DNA of 64,000 nucleotides from the human T2T-CHM13v2.0 reference genome, Homo sapiens. The DNA lies in assembly GCF_009914755.1 (NCBI RefSeq), contig NC_060933.1. One strand, written 5' to 3'. Both the position numbers and the translations under genes were made by a program. The notes below the pieces were generated by a model. That model saw only the letters and a program-made list of their open reading frames with translations, did no database searches and was not told the DNA's origin. Below are positions 28,801 through 45,099 of the stretch, piece by piece (positions within the stretch are counted from its first letter, which is position 1; every line of letters begins with the position of its first letter).

Positions 28801-31800
28801 CCATTGCACTCGGGTTGATTCCATTCCATTGCATTCCATTCCATTCCATTCAATTCCATTCCGTTCCATTGCATTCCATTACATTCGGATTGATTCTATT
28901 CAACTCCCTTACTCTCCATTACATTCCATTCCATTCGGGTTGTTCCATTCCATTCCATTCCATTCCACTCCATTCCATTGCACTCGGGTTTATTCCATTC
29001 CATTCCATTCCATTCCATTGCATTCCGGAAGATTCCATTCCATTGCATTCCATTCCATTCGAATCCCCTGCACTCGCGTTGATTCCATTCCATTCCATTC
29101 CATTCCATTCCATTCCATTCCATTCCATTCCATTCCTTTCCGTTCCATTCCATTCCATTCCATTCCATTCCAATCCATTCCATTCCGTTCCGTTCCGTTC
29201 CGTTCCATTCCATTCCATTCTTTTCGGGTTAATTCCATTCCATTCCATTCGATTGAAATCGAGTTGATTCCATTCCATTCCATTCCATTCCATTCCTTTC
29301 CTTTCCATTACGGATGATTCCATTCCATTGCATTCCATACCATTCCATTCCCCTGTACTCGGGTTGATTCCATTCCATTCCATTCCAATCCATGCCATTC
29401 CACTCGTGTTGTTTCCATTCTTTCCATTCCATTCAAGTTGAATCCATTCCATTGCATTCTATTCCATTCGATTCCATTCGATTGCACTCGGGTTGATTCC
29501 ATTCCATTGCATTCCATTCCATTCCATTTCATTCCATTCCATTCCTTTCCATTCCATTCCATTCCATTCCATTCCATTGCAATCGAGTTGATTCCATTCC
29601 ATTCCTTTCCATTCCATTCCATTGCCTTGCATTCCAGTCGGGTTGATTCCATTCCCTTCTTTCCACTCCATTACATTCCCTTCCATTCCACTCGAATGAT
29701 TGATTCCATTCCATTCCATTCCATTTCATTCCATTGCAATCCATTCCAATCCATTCCATTCCATTCCATTCCACTCGAGTTGATTTCATTCCATTCCTTT
29801 CCATTCCATTCCATTCCTTTCCACTCGAGTTGATTCCATTGCATTCCATTCCGTTGCATTCCGTTCCATGCCATTCCACTCGGGTTGATTCCATTCCATT
29901 CCATTCCATTCCATTCCATTCCATTCCATTGCATTCCATTCCATTCCTTTCCCCTGCACTCGGGTTAATTCCATTCCATTCCATTCCATTTAATTCCATT
30001 CCATTCCATTCCATTCCATTCCAATCCGTTCCATTCCATTCCATTCTATTCCATTGCAATCGACTTGATTCCATTCCATTCCATTCCATTCCATTCTATT
30101 CCATTCCATTCCATTCCATTCCATTTTTTTCCAATCCATTCTATTCCGAACCATTCCATTCCATTCCATTTTTTTCCAATCCATTCTATTCCGAACCATT
30201 CCATTCCATTCCATTCCATTCCATTCCAGCCATTCCACTCGGGTTGATTCCATTCCTTTACATTCCATTCGGGTTGAATCCATTCCACTCCATTCCATTC
30301 CATTCGAATCCATTCCATTGCACTCGGGTTGATTCCATTCCATTCCATTCCATTCGATTCCATTCCATTCCATTCCATTCCGTTCCATTCCATTGCATTA
30401 CATTCACATTGATTCTATTCAATTCCCTTACACTCCATTATATTCCAATCCATTCTGGTTGTTTCCATTCCATTCCATTCCATTTCACTCCATTCCATTG
30501 CACTCGGTTTGATTCCATTCCATTCCATTCCATTCCATTCCGGATGATTCCATTCCATTGCATTCCATTCCATTCCATTCCCCTGCACTCAGGTTGATTC
30601 CATTCCATTCCATTCCACTGCATTCGGTTCCGTTCCATTCCATTCTATTGCATTCCATTCTATTCGGGTTAATTCCATTCCATTCTATTCCATTCCATTC
30701 CATTCCATTCCATTGTAATGGAGTTGATTCCTTTCCATTCCATTCCATTCCGGATGATTCCATTCCATTGCATTCCATTCCATTCCATTCCCCTGCACTC
30801 GTGTTGATTCCATTACCTTCCATTCCATTCCATTCCGTTCCATTCCATTGCATTCCATTCTATTCCGGTTAATTCCATTCCATTCCATTCCATTCCATTC
30901 CATTCCATTGCAATCGAGTTGATTGCATTCCATTCCTTTCCATTCCATTCCATTGCCTTGCATTCCAATCGGATTGATTTCATTCCCTTCTTTCCACTCC
31001 ATTACATTCCCTTCCATTCCACTCGGAATGATTGATTCCATTCCATTCCATTCCATTTCATTCCGTTGCAATCCATTCCAATCTATTCCATTCCATTCCA
31101 TTCCACTCGAGTTGATTTCATTCCATTCCTTTCCATTCCATTCCATTCCTTTCCACTCGAGTTGATTCCATTCCATTCCATTCCATTGCATTCCATTCCA
31201 TGCCATTCCACTCGGGTTGATTCCATTCCTTTGCATTCCATTCCATTCCATTCCATTCCATTCCATTCCATTCCATTCCATTCCATTCCGTTGCAATCCA
31301 TTCCATTACATTCGGATTGATTCTATTCAACTCCCTTACTCTCCATTACATTACATTCCATTCGGGTTGTTCCATTCCATTCCATTCCATTCCGAATGAT
31401 TCCATTCCTTTGCATTCCATTCGATTACATTCCCCTGCACTCGCGTTGATTCCATTCCATTCCATTCCATTCCATTCAATTCCATTCTATTACAATTCGT
31501 TCCATTCCATTCTATTCCGTACCATTCCATTCCATTCCATACCATTCCATTCCATTCCATTCCATTCCATTCCATTCCATTCCGTTCCATTCCGTTCCAT
31601 TCCATTCCATTTTATTCGGGTTAATTCCATTCCATTCCATTCCATTCCATTCTATTCCATTCCATTGCAATCGAGTTGAATCCATTGCATTTCATTCCAT
31701 TCCATTCCATTCCATTGCATTCCGGAAGATTCCATTCCATTGCATTCCATTCCATTCCATTCCCCTGCACTCGCGTTGATTCCATTCCATTCCATTCCAT

Positions 31801-33450
31801 TCCATTCAATTCCATTCCGTTCCGTTCCATTCCATTCCATTCCATTCCATTCCTTTCCATTCCATTACGGATGATTCCATTCCATTGCATTCCATTCCAT
31901 TCCATTCCCCTGTACTCGGGTTGATTCCATTCCATTGCATTCCAATCCATGCCCTTCCACTCGTGTTGATTGCATTCTTTCCATTCCATTCAAGTTGAAT
32001 CCATTCCATTGTATTCCATTCCATTCGATTCCATTCGATTGCACTCGGGTTGATTCCATTCCATTGCATTCCATTCCATTCCATTCCATTCCATTCCATT
32101 CCATTCCATTCCGTTCCATTCCATTCCATTACATTCGGATTGATTCTATTCAATTCCCTTACACTCCATTACATTCCATTCCATTCGGGTAGTTTCCATT
32201 CCATTCCATTCCATTCCTCTCCATTCCATTGCACTCGGGTTGATTCCATTCCATTGCATTCCATTCCATTCCATTCAATTCCATTCCGTTCCATTACATT
32301 TGGATTGACTCTATTCAACTCCCTTACTCTCCATTACATTCCATTCCATTCGGGTTGTTCCATTCCATTCCATTCCATTCCACTCCATTCCATTGCACTC
32401 GGGTTTATTCCATTCCATTCCATTCCATTACATTCCATTCCATTCCATTCCATTCCGGAAGATTCCATTCCATTGCATTCCATTCCATTCCATTCCCCTG
32501 CACTCGCGTTGATTCCATTCCATTCCATTCTTTTCCATTCCATTCCATTCCATTCCATTCCTTTCCGTTCCATTCCATTCCATTCCATTCCATTCCATTC
32601 CATTCCATTCCGTTCCGTTCCGTTCCGTTCCGTTCCATTCCATTCCATTCCATTCTATTCGGGTTAACTCCATTCCATTCCATTCGATTGCAATCGAGTT
32701 GATTCCATTCCATTCCATTCCATTCCATTCCATTCCTTTCCATTCCATTACGGATGATTCCATTCCATTGCATTCCATTCCATTCCATTCCCCTGTACTC
32801 GGGTTGATTCCATTCCATTCCATTCCAATCCATGCCATTCCACTCGTGTTGATTCCATTCGTTCCATTCCATTCAAGTTGAATCCATTCCATTGCATTCC
32901 ATTCCATTCCATTCCCCTGCAGTCGGGTTGACTCCATTCCATTCCATTCCATTCCATTCCATTCCATTCCATTCCGTTCCGTTCCGTTCCGTTCCATTCC
33001 ATTCCATTCTATTCGGGTTAATTCCATTCCATTCCATTCCATTCCATTCCATTCCAATCGAGTTGATTCCATTCCATTCCATTCCATTCCATTCCATTCC
33101 ACTCCATTCCAGTCCTTTCCATTCCATTCCACTCGTGTTGATTGCATTCCCTTCCATTCCATTCCATACCATTCCATTCCATTCCATTCCGTTCCATTCC
33201 GTTCCATTCCATTCCATTCCATTCTATTCGGATTAATTCCATTCCATTCCATTCCATTCCATTCTATTCCATTCCATTGCAATCGAGTTGAATCCATTGC
33301 ATTTCATTCCATTCCATTCCATTCCATTCCATTCCGGAAGTTTCCATTCCATTGCATTCCATTCCATTCCATTCCATTCCATTCCGTTCCATTCCATTCC
33401 ATTCCATTCCGTTCCGTTCCATTCCATTCCATTCCATTCTATTCTGGTTA
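22800..33450 (+). repeat. ~5.04 kb tandem higher-order duplication (~2.1 copies)
   Basis: Rare markers recur at ~5.04 kb offset: CATTCATTCG 23561/28603, CGTGTTGTTT 24363/29405, T7 run 25073/30124, TCACATTG 25363/30404, GTCGGGTTGACTCC 22819/27851/32922. Confidence 0.85.
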
Positions 33451-36400
33451 ATTCCATTCCATTCCATTCCATTCCATTCCATTCCGTTCCTTTCCATTCC
33501 ATTCCATTCCATTCTATTCTGGTTAATTCCATTCCATTCCATTCCATTCCATTCCATTCCATTCCATTCCATTCCGTTCCATTCCGGAAGATTGCATTCC
33601 ATTGCATTCCATTCCATTCCATTCCCCTGCACTCGCGTTGATTCCATTCCATTCCATTCCATTCCATTCCATTCCATTCCATTCCATTCCATTCCTTTCC
33701 GTTCCATTCCATTCCATTCCGTTCCGTTCCGTTCCGTTCCGTTCCATTCCATTCCATTGCATTCTATTCGGGTTAATTCCATTCCATTCCATTCGATTGC
33801 AATCGAGTTGATTCCATTCCATTCCATTCCATTCCATTCCATTCCATTCCATTCCATTCCATTCCTTTCCATTCCATTACGGATGATTCCATTCCATTGC
33901 ATTCCATTCCATTCCATTCCCCTGTACTCGGGTTGATTCCATTCCATTCCATTCCAATCTATGCCATTCCACTCGTGTTGATTCCATTCTTTCCATTCCA
34001 TTCAAGTTGAATCCATTCCATTGCATTCCATTCCATTCCATTCCCCTGCAGTCGGGTTGTCTCCATTCCATTCCATTCCATTCCATTCCATTCCGTTCCA
34101 TTCCATTTCATTACATTCAGATTGATTCTATTCAATTCCCTTACACTCCATTATATTCCAATCCATTCTGGTTGTCTCCATTCCATTCCATTCAATTTCA
34201 CTCCATTCCATTGCACTCGGGTTGATTCCATTCCATTCCATTCCATTGCATTCCATTCCATTCCATTCCGGATGATTCCATTCCATTGAATTCCATTCCA
34301 TTCCATTCCCCTGCACTCGGTTTGATTCCATTCCATTCCATTCCATTACATTCCGTTCCATTCCATTCCATTCCATTCGGATTGATTCTATTCAATTCCC
34401 TTACACTCCATTACATTCCATTCCATTCGGGTAGTTTCCATTCCATTCCATTCCTTTCCATTCCATTGCACTCGGGTTGATTCCATTCCATTGCATTCCA
34501 TTCCATTATATTACATTCCATTCCATTCCGTTCCATTGTACTCGGGTTGATTCCATTCCATTGCATTCCATTCCATTCCATTCAATTCCATTCCATTCTA
34601 TTCCATTCCGTTCCATTCCATTACATTCGGATTGATTCTATGCAACTCCCTTACTCTCCATTACATTCCATTCCATTCGGGTTGTTCCATTCCATTCCAT
34701 TCCATTCCACTCCATTCCATTGCGCTCGGGTTGATTCCATTCAATTCCATTCCATTCCATTCCATTCCATTCCATTCCGGATGATTCCATTCCATTGCAT
34801 TCCGTTCCATTACATTCCCCTGCACTCGGGTTGATTCCATTCCATTCCATTCCATTCCATTCGATTCCATTCCATTCCAATTCTTTCCATTCCATTCTAT
34901 TCCGTACCATTCCATTCCATTCCATACAATTCCATTCCATTCCATTCCACTCCGTTCCGTTCCGTTCCGTTCTGTTCCGTTCCATTCCATTCCATTCCAT
35001 TCTATTCGGTTTAATTCCATTCCATTCCATTCCATTCCATTCTATTCCATTCCATTGCAATCGAGTTGAATCCATTGCATTCCACTCCATTCCATTCCAT
35101 TCCATTCCATTCCATTCCGGAAGATTCCATTCCATTGCATTCCATTCCATTCCATTCCATTCCATTCCATTCCATTCCGTTGTACTCGGGTTGATTCCAT
35201 TCCATTGCATTCCATTCCATTCCATTCCATTCCATTCCGTTCCATTCCATTCCATTACATTCGGATTGATTCTTTTCAACTCCCTTACTCTCCATTACAT
35301 TCCATTCCATTCGGGTTGTTCCATTCCATTCTTTCCATTCCACTCCATTCCCTTGCACTCGGGTTGATTCCATTCCATTCCATTCCATTCCATTACGGAT
35401 GATTCCATTCCATTGCATTCCATTCCATTCCATTCCATTCCTTTCCATTCCATTACGGATGATTCCATTCCATTGCATTCCATTCCATTCCATTCCCCTG
35501 TACTCGGGTTATTCCATTCCATTCCATTCCAATCCATGCCATTCCACTCGTGTTGATTCCATTCTTTCCATTCCATTGAAGTTGAATCCATTCCATTGCA
35601 TTCCATTCCATTCGATTCCATTCGATTGCACTCGGGTTGATTCCATTCCATTGCATTCCATTCCATTCCATTCCATTCCATTCCATTCCATTCCGTTCCA
35701 TTCCATTCCATTACATTCGGATTGATTCTATTCAATTCCCTTACACTCCATTACATTCCATTCCTTTCGGGTAGTTTCCATTCCATTCCATTCCATTCCT
35801 CTCCATTCCGTTGAACTCGGGTTGATTCCATTCCATGCATTCCATTCCATTCCATTCAATTCCATTCCGTTCCATTCCATTCCATTACATTCGGATTGAT
35901 TCTATTCAACTCCCTTACTCTCCATTACATTCCATTCCATTCGGGTTGTTCCATTCCATTCCATTCCATTCCACTCCATTGGATTGCACTGGGGTTGATT
36001 CCATTCCATTCCATTCCATTCCATTCCATTCCATTCCATTCCGGAAGATTCCATTCCATTGCATTCCATTCCATTCCATTCCCCTGCACTCGCGTTGATT
36101 CCTTTCCATTCCATTCCATTCCATTCCATTCCTTTCCGTTCCATTCCATTCCATTCCATTCCATTCCATTCCGTTCCGTTCCATTCCATTCCATTCTATT
36201 CTATTCGGGTTAATTCCATTCCATTCCATTCGATTGCCATCGAGTTGATTCCATTCTATTCCATTCCATTCCATTCCATTCCATTCCTTTCCATTCCATT
36301 ACGGATGACTCCATTCCATTGCATTCCATTCCATTCCATTCCCCTGTACTCGGGTTGATTCCATTCCATTCCATTCCACTCCATTCGGTTCCGTTGCATT

Positions 36401-39400
36401 CCATTCTATTGCATTCCATTCTATTCGGGTTAATTCCATTCCATTCTATTCCATTCCATTCCATTCCATTGCAATGGAGTTGATTCCATTCCATTCCATT
36501 CCATTCCGGATGATTCCATTCCATTGCATTCCATTCCATTCCATTCCCCTGCACTCGTGTTGATTCCATTCCCTTCCATTCCATTCCATTCCGTTCCATT
36601 CCATTCCATTCCATTCTATTCCGGTTAATTCCATTCCATTCCATTCCATTCCATTCCATTCCATTCCATTGCAATCGAGTTGATTCCATTCCATTCCTTT
36701 CCATTCCATTCCATTGCCTTGCATTCCACTCGGGTTGATTCCATTCCCTTCTTTCCACTCCATTACATTCCCTTCCATTCCACTCGGAATGATTGATTCC
36801 ATTCCATTCCATTCCATTTCATTCCATTGCAATCTATTCCAATCCATTCCATTGCATTCCATTCCACTCGAGTTGACTTCAGTCCATTCCTTTCCATTCC
36901 ATTCCATTCCTTTCCACTCGAGTTGATTCCATTCCATTCCATTCCATTGCATTCCATTCCATGCCATTCCACTCGGGTTGATTCCATTCCATTCCATTCC
37001 ATTCCATTCCATTCCATTCCATTCCGTTGCATTCCATTCCATTACATTCGGATTGATTCTATTCAACTCCCTTACTGTCCATTACATTCCATTCCATTCC
37101 ATACCATTCCATTCCATTCCATTCCATTCCATTCCGTTCCATTCCGTTCCATTCCGTTCCATTGCATTCCATTCTATTCGGGTTAATTCCATTCCATTCC
37201 ATTCCATTCCATTCTATTCCATTCCATTGCAATCGAGTTCAATCCATTGCATTTCATTCCATTCCATTCCATTCCATTCCATTCCGGAAGATCCCATTCC
37301 ATTGCATTCCATTCCATTCCATTCCCCTGCACTCGCGTTGATTCCATTCCATTCCATTCCATTCCATTCCATTCCATTCCATTCCGTTCCGTTACATTCC
37401 ATTCTATTCCATTCCATTCCATTCCGTTCCGTTCCATTCCATTCCATTCCATTCTATTCGGGTTAATTCCATTCCATTCCATTCGATTGCAATCGTGTTG
37501 ATTCCATTCCATTCCATTCCATTCCATTCCATTCCTTTCCATTCCATTACGGATGATTCCATTCCATTGCATTCCATTCCATTCCATTCCCCTGTACTCG
37601 GGTTGATTCCATTCCATTGCATTCCAATGCATGCCCTTCCACTCGTGTTGATTCCATTCTTTCAATTCCATTCAAGTTGAATCCATTCCATTGCATTCCA
37701 TTCCATTCGATTCCATTCAATTGCACTCGGGTTGATTCCATTCCATTGCATTCCATTCCATTCCATTCCATTCCATTCCATTCCGTTCCATTCCATTCCA
37801 TTACATTCGGATTGATTCTATTCAACTCCCTTACTATACATTACATTCCATTCGATTCGGGCTGTTCCATTCCATTCCATTCCATTCCACTCCATTCCAT
37901 TGCACTCGGGTTTATTCCATTCCATTCCATTCCATTCCATTCCATTCGATTCCATTCCGGAAGATTCCATTCCATTGCATGCCATTGCATTCCATTCCCC
38001 TGCACTCGCGTTGATTCCATTCCATTCCATTCCATTCCATTCCATTCCATTCCATTCCATTCCTTTCCGTTCCATTCCATTCCATTCCATTCCATTCCAT
38101 TCCGTTGCGTTCCGTTCCGTTCCATTCCATTCCATTCCATTCTATTCGGGTTAATTCCATTCCATTCCATTCTATTCGGGTTAATTCCATTCCATTCCAT
38201 TCTATTCCATTCCATTCCATTCCAATCGAGTTCATTGCATTCCATTCCATTCCATTCCATTCCATTCCATTCCATTCCACTGCATTCCACTCCTTTCCAT
38301 TCCATTCCACTCGGGTTGATTCCAATGTATTCCTTTCCATTCCATTCCATTCCATTGCAATCGAGTTGATTCCATTGCTTTGCATTCCATTGCATTCCAT
38401 TCCATTCCGGATGATTTCATTCCATTGCATTCCATTCCATTCCATTCCCCTGCACTCGGGTTGATTCCATTCCATTCCACTCCATTCCGTTCCATTCCAT
38501 TCCATTCCATTGTATTCGGGTTAATTCCATTCCATTCCATTCCATTCCATTCCATTCCATTCCATTCCATTCCATTACAATCGAGTTGATTCCATTCCAT
38601 TCCATTCCATTCCAGTCCTTTCCATTCCATTCCACTCGGGTTGATTCCATTCTATTAGTTTCCATTCCATTCCATTCCCTTCCATTCCAATCTGGTTGAT
38701 TCCATTCCTTTCCATTCCACTCAAAAACATTCCCTCCTATTCCACTCGGAACGATTCCATTCCATTCCATTCAATTCCATTCCATTCCATTCAATTCCAT
38801 TCCATTCCATTTCGTTCCATTCCATTCTATTCCGTATCATTCCATTCCATTCCATTCCATTCCATTAAATTCCATTCCATTCCATTCCATTCCATTGTAC
38901 TCGGGTTGATTCCATTCCATTGCATTCCATTCCATTGCATTCCATTCCATTCCGTTGCATTCCATTCCATTACATTCGGATTGATTCTATTCAACTCCCT
39001 TACTCTCCATTACATTCCATTCTATTCGGGTTGTTCCATTCCATTCCATTCCATTCCACTCCATTCCATTGCACTCGGGTTGATTCCATTCCATTCCATT
39101 CCATTCCATTCCATTCCGGATGATTCCATTCCATTGCATTCCGTTCCATTACATTCCCCTGCACTCGCGTTGATTCCATTCCATTCCATTCCATTCCATT
39201 CAATTCCATTCCATTACAATTCGTTCCATTCCATTCTATTCCGTACCATTCCATTCCATTCCATACCATTCCATTCCTTTCCATTCCATTCCTTTCCATT
39301 CCATTCCATTCCATTCCATTCCGTTCCATTCCATTCCATTCCATTCTATTCGGATTAATTCCATTCCATTCCATTCCATTCCATTCCATTCCATTGCATT

Positions 39401-42400
39401 CTATTCCATTCCATTGCAATCGAGTTGAATCCATTGCATTTCATTCCATTCCATTCCATTCCATTCCATTCCGGAAGATTCCATTCCATTGCATTCCATT
39501 CCATTCCATTCCCCTGCACTCGCGTTGATTCCATCCCATTCCATTCCATTCCATTCCATTCCATTCCGTTCCGTTCCATTCCATTCCATTCCATTCCATT
39601 ACATTCCGTTCCGTTCCATTCCATTCCATTCCATTCCATTCCGTTCCATTCCATTCCATTCCATTCCATTCTATTCGGGTTAATTCCATTCCATTCCATT
39701 CGATTGCAATCGAGTTGATTCCATTCCATTCCATTCCATTCCATTCCATTTCATTCCTTTCCGTTCCATTACGGATGATTCCATTCCATTGCATTCCATT
39801 CCATTCCATTCCCCTGTACTCGGGTTGATTCCATTCCATTCCATTCCAATCCATGCCATTCCACTCGTGTTGATTCCATTCTTTCCATTCCATTCAAGTT
39901 GAATCCATTCCATTGCATTCCATTCCATTCGATTCCATTCGATTGCACTCGGGTTGATTCCATTCCATTCCATTCCATTCCATTCCGTTCCATTCCATTC
40001 CATTACATTCGGATTGATTCAATTCTATTCCCTTACACTCCATTACATTCCATTCCATTCGGGTAGTTTCCATTCCATTCCTTTCCATTCCTCTCCTTTC
40101 CATTGCACTCGGGTTGATTCCATTCCATTGCATTCCATTCCATTCCATTCAATTCCATTCCGTTCCATTCCATTCCATTACATTCGGATTGATTCTATTC
40201 AAGTCCCTTACTCTCCATTACATTCCATTCCATTCGGGTTGTTCCATTCCATTCCATTCCATTCCACTCCATTCCATGGCACTCGGGTTGATTCCATTCC
40301 ATTCCATTGCATTCCATTCCATTCCATTCCATTCCGGAAGATTCCATTCCATTGCATTCCATTCCATTCCATTCCCCTGCACTCGCGTTGATTCCATTCT
40401 ATTCCATTCTATTCCATTCCATTCCCTTCCTTTCCGTTCCATTCTATTCCATTCCATTGCATTCCATTCCATTCCATTCCGTTCCGTTCCATTCCATTCC
40501 ATTCCATTCTATTCGGTTAATTCCATTCCATTCCATTCGATTGCAATCGAGTTGATTCCATTCCATTCCATTCCATTCCATTCCATTCCATTCCTTTCCA
40601 TTCCATTACGGATGATTCCATTCCATTGCATTCCATTCCATTCCATTCCCCTGCACTCGGGTTGATTCCATTCCATTCCATTCCATTCCATTCCGTTCCA
40701 TTCCATTCCATTCCATTCGGATTGATTCTATTCAATTCCCTTACACTCTATTACATTCCATTCCATTCGGGTAGTTTCCATTCCATTCCATTCCATTCCT
40801 CTCCATTCCATTGCACTCGAGTTGATTCCATTCCATTCCATTCCATTCCAGTCCTTTCCATTCCATTCCAATCGGGTTGATTCCATTCTATTAGTTTCCA
40901 TTCCATTCCATTCCCTTCCATTCCACTCTGGTTGATTCCATTCCTTTCCATTCCACTCGAATACATTCCCTCCTATTCCACTCGGAACGATTCCATTCCA
41001 TTCCATTCCATTCCATTCCATTCCATTCCATTCCATTTCGTTCCATTCCATTCTATTCCGTATCATTCCATTCCATTCCATTCCATTCCATTCCACTCGT
41101 GTTGATTCCATTCCTTTCCATTCCATTCGGTTTGAAGGCATTCCATTCCATTCCATTCCATTCCATTCCATTCCATTCCATTCCATTGTACTCTGGTTGA
41201 TTGCATTCCATTGCATTCCATTCCATTCCACTCCCCTACACTCGCGTTGATTCCATTCCATTCCATTCCATTCCATTCCGTTCCGTTCCATTCCATTCCA
41301 TTCCATTCAATCCCATTCCATACCATTCCGTTCCGTTCCATTCCATTCCATTCCATTCCATTCCATTCCATTCCATTCCATTCCGTTCTTTTCCATTCCA
41401 TTCCATTCTATTCGGGTTAATTCCATTCCATTCCATTCGATTGCAATCGTGTTGATTCCATTCCATTGCATTCCATTCCATTCGATTCCATTCGATTGCA
41501 CTCAGGTTGATTCCATTCCATTGCATTCCATTCCATTAAATTCTATTCCATTCCATTCCATTCCGTTCCATTCCTTTCCATTACATTCGGATTGATTCTA
41601 TTCAATTCCCTTACACTCCATTACATTCTATTCCATTCGGGTAGTTTCCACTCCATTCCATGCCATTCCTCTCCATTCCATTGCACTCGGGTTGATTCCA
41701 TTCCATTGCATTCCATTCCATTCCATTCAATTCCATTCCGTTCCATTCCATTCCATTACATTCGGATTGATTCTATTCAACTCCCTTACTCTCCATTACA
41801 TTCCATTCCATTCGGGTTGTTCCATTCCTTTCCATTCCATTCCACTCCATTCCATTGCACTCGAGTTTATTCCGTTCCATTCCATTCCATTCCATTCCAT
41901 TCCATTCCATTCCATTCCATTCCTTTCTGTTCCATTCCATTCCATTCCATTCCATTCCGTTCCGTTCCGTTCCGTTCCGTTCCATTCCATTCCATTCCAT
42001 TCTATTCGGGTTAATTCCATTCCATTCCATTCGACTTCAATCGAGTTGATTCCATTCCATTCCATTCCATTCCATTCCATTCCATTCCATTCTTTCCATT
42101 CCATTCAAGTTGAATCCATTCCTTTGCATTCCATTCCATTCCATTCCCCTGCAGTCGGGTTGATTCCATTCCATTCCATTCCATTCCATTGCACTCCATT
42201 CCATTCCGTTCCGTTCCGTTCCATTCCATTCCATTCCATTCCATTCTATTCGGGTTAATTCCATTCCATTCCATTCCATTCCATTCCATTCCAATCGAGT
42301 TGATTCCATTCCATTCCATTCCATTCCATTCCACTCCATTCCAGTCCTTTCCATTCCATTCCACTCGGGTTGATTCCAATGTATTCCTTTCCATTCCATT

Positions 42401-44759
42401 GCATTCCATTGCAATCGAGTTGATTCCATTGCTTTGCATTCCATTCCATTCCATTGCATTCCGGATGATTCCATTCCATTGCATTCCATTCCATTCCATT
42501 CCCCTGCACTCGGGTTGATTCTATTCCATTCCATTCCGTTCCGTTCCATTCCATTCCATTCCATTCTATTCGGGTTAATTCCATTCCATTCCATTCGATT
42601 GCAATCGTGTTGATTCCATTCCATTCCATTCCATTCCATTCCATTCCATTCCTTTCCATTCCATTACGGATGATTCCATTCCATTGCATTCCATTCCATT
42701 CCATTTCCCTGTACTCGGGTGGATTCCATTCCATTGCATTCCAATCCATGCCCTTCCACTCGTGTTGATTCCATTCTTTCCATTCCATTCAAGTTGAATC
42801 CATTCCATTGCATTCCATTCCATTCGATTCCATTCGATTGCACTCGGGTTGATTCCATTCCATTGCATTCCATTCCATTCCATTCCATTCTGTTCCATTC
42901 CATTCCATTACATTCGGATTGATTCTATTCAATTCCCTTACACTCCATTACATTCCATTGCATTCGGGTAGTTTCCATTCCGTTCCATTCCATTCCTCTC
43001 CATTCCATTGCACTCGGGTTGATTCCATTCCATTGCATTCCATTCCATTCCATTCAATTACATTCCGTTTCATTCCATTCCATTTCATTCTGATTGATTC
43101 TATTCAACTCCCTTACTCTCCGTTACATTCCATTCCATTCGGGCTGTTCCATTCCATTCCATTCCATTCCACTCCATTCCTTTGCACTCGGGTTTATTCC
43201 ATTCCATTCCATTCCATTCCATTCCATTCCATTCCATTCCATTCCGGAAGATTCCATTCCATTGCATTCCATTCCATTCCATTCCCCTGCACTCGCGTTG
43301 ATTCCATTCAATTCCATTCCATTCCATTCCATTCCTTTCCGTTCCATTCCATTGCATTCCATTCCATTCCATTCCATTCCATTCCGTTCCCTTCCGTTCC
43401 ATTCCATTCCATTCCATTCTATTCGGGTTAATTACATTCCATTCCATTCGATTGCAATCGAGTTGATTCCATTCCATTCCATTGCATTCCATTCCATTCC
43501 ATTTCTTTCCATTCCATTACGGATGATTCCATTCCATTGCATTCCATTCCGTTCCATTCCCCTGTACTCGGGTTCATTCCATTCCATTCCATTCCAATCC
43601 ATGCCATTCCACTCGTGTTGAATCCATTCTTTCCATTCCATTCAAGTTGAATCCATTCCATTGCATTCCATTCCATTCCATTCCCCTGCAGTCGGGTTGA
43701 TTCCATTCCATTCCATTCCATTCCATTCCATTCCATTCCATTCCATTCCGTTCCTTTCCGTTCCATTCCATTCCATTCCATTCTATTCGGGTTAATTCCA
43801 TTCCATTCCATTCCATTCCATTCCATTCCATTCCAATCGAGTTGATTCCATTCCATTCCATTCCATTCCATTCCACTGCATTCCAGTCCTTTCCATTCCA
43901 TTCCACTCGGGTTGATTCCAATGTATTCCTTTCCATTCCATTCCATTCCATTGCAATCGAGTTGATTCCATTGCTTTGCATTCCATTCCATTCCATTCCA
44001 TTCCGGATGATTGCATTCCATTGCATTCCATTCCATTCCATTCCCCTGCACTCGGGTTGATTCCATTCCATTCCACTCCATTCCGTTCCATTCCATTCCA
44101 TTCCACTGTATTCGGGTTAATTCCATTCCATTCCATTCCATTCCATTCCATTCCATTCCTTTACAATCGAGTTGATTCCATTCCATTCCATTCCATTCCA
44201 TTCCATTCCATTCCAGTCCTTTCCATTCCATTCCACTCGGGTTGATTCCATTCTATTAGTTTCCATTCCATTCCATTCCCTTCCATTCCACTCTGGTTGA
44301 TTCCATTCCTTTCCATTCCACTCGAATACATTCCCTCCTATTCCACTCGGAACGATTCCAATCCATTCCATTCCGTTCCATTCCATTCCATTCCATTCCA
44401 TTTCGTTCCATTCCATTCTATTCCGTATCATTCCATTCCATTCCATTCCATTCCATTCCATTCCACTCGTGTTGATTCCATTCCTTTCCATTCCATTCGG
44501 TTTGAAGGCATTCCATTCCATTCCATTCCATTCCATTCCATTCCGTTCCTTTCTGTTCCGTTCCGTTCCGTTCCATTCCATTCCATTCCATTCTATTCGG
44601 GTTAATTCCATTCCATTCCATTCCATTCCATTCCATTCTATTCCATTCCATTGCAATCGAGTTGAATCCATTGCATTCAATTCCATTCCATTCTATTCCA
44701 TTCCATTGCAATCGAGTTGAGTCCATTGCATTCCATTCCATTCCATTCCATTCCATTCC

Positions 44760-44819
44760 ATTCCGGAAGATTCCATTCCATTGCATTCCATTCCATTCCA
44801 TTCCATTCCGGAAGATTCC
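44760..44819. promoter_or_regulatory. Two consensus HSE motifs 45 bp apart (local duplication)
   Basis: ATTCCGGAAGATTCC at 44760-44774 and 44805-44819. Confidence 0.5.
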
Positions 44820-45099
44820 ATTCCATTGCATTCCATTCCATTCCATTCCCCTGCACTCGCGTTGATTCCATTCCATTCCATTCCATTCCATTCCATTCCA
44901 TTCCTTTCCGTTCCATTCCATTCCATTCCATTCCATTCAATTCCGTTCCGTTCCATTCCATTCCATTCCATTCTATTCGGGTCAATTCCATTCCATTCAA
45001 TTCGATTACAATCGAGTTGATTCCATTCCATTCCATTCCATTCCATTCCATTCCATTCCTTTCCATTCCCCTGCACTCGGGTTGATTCCATTCCATTAC

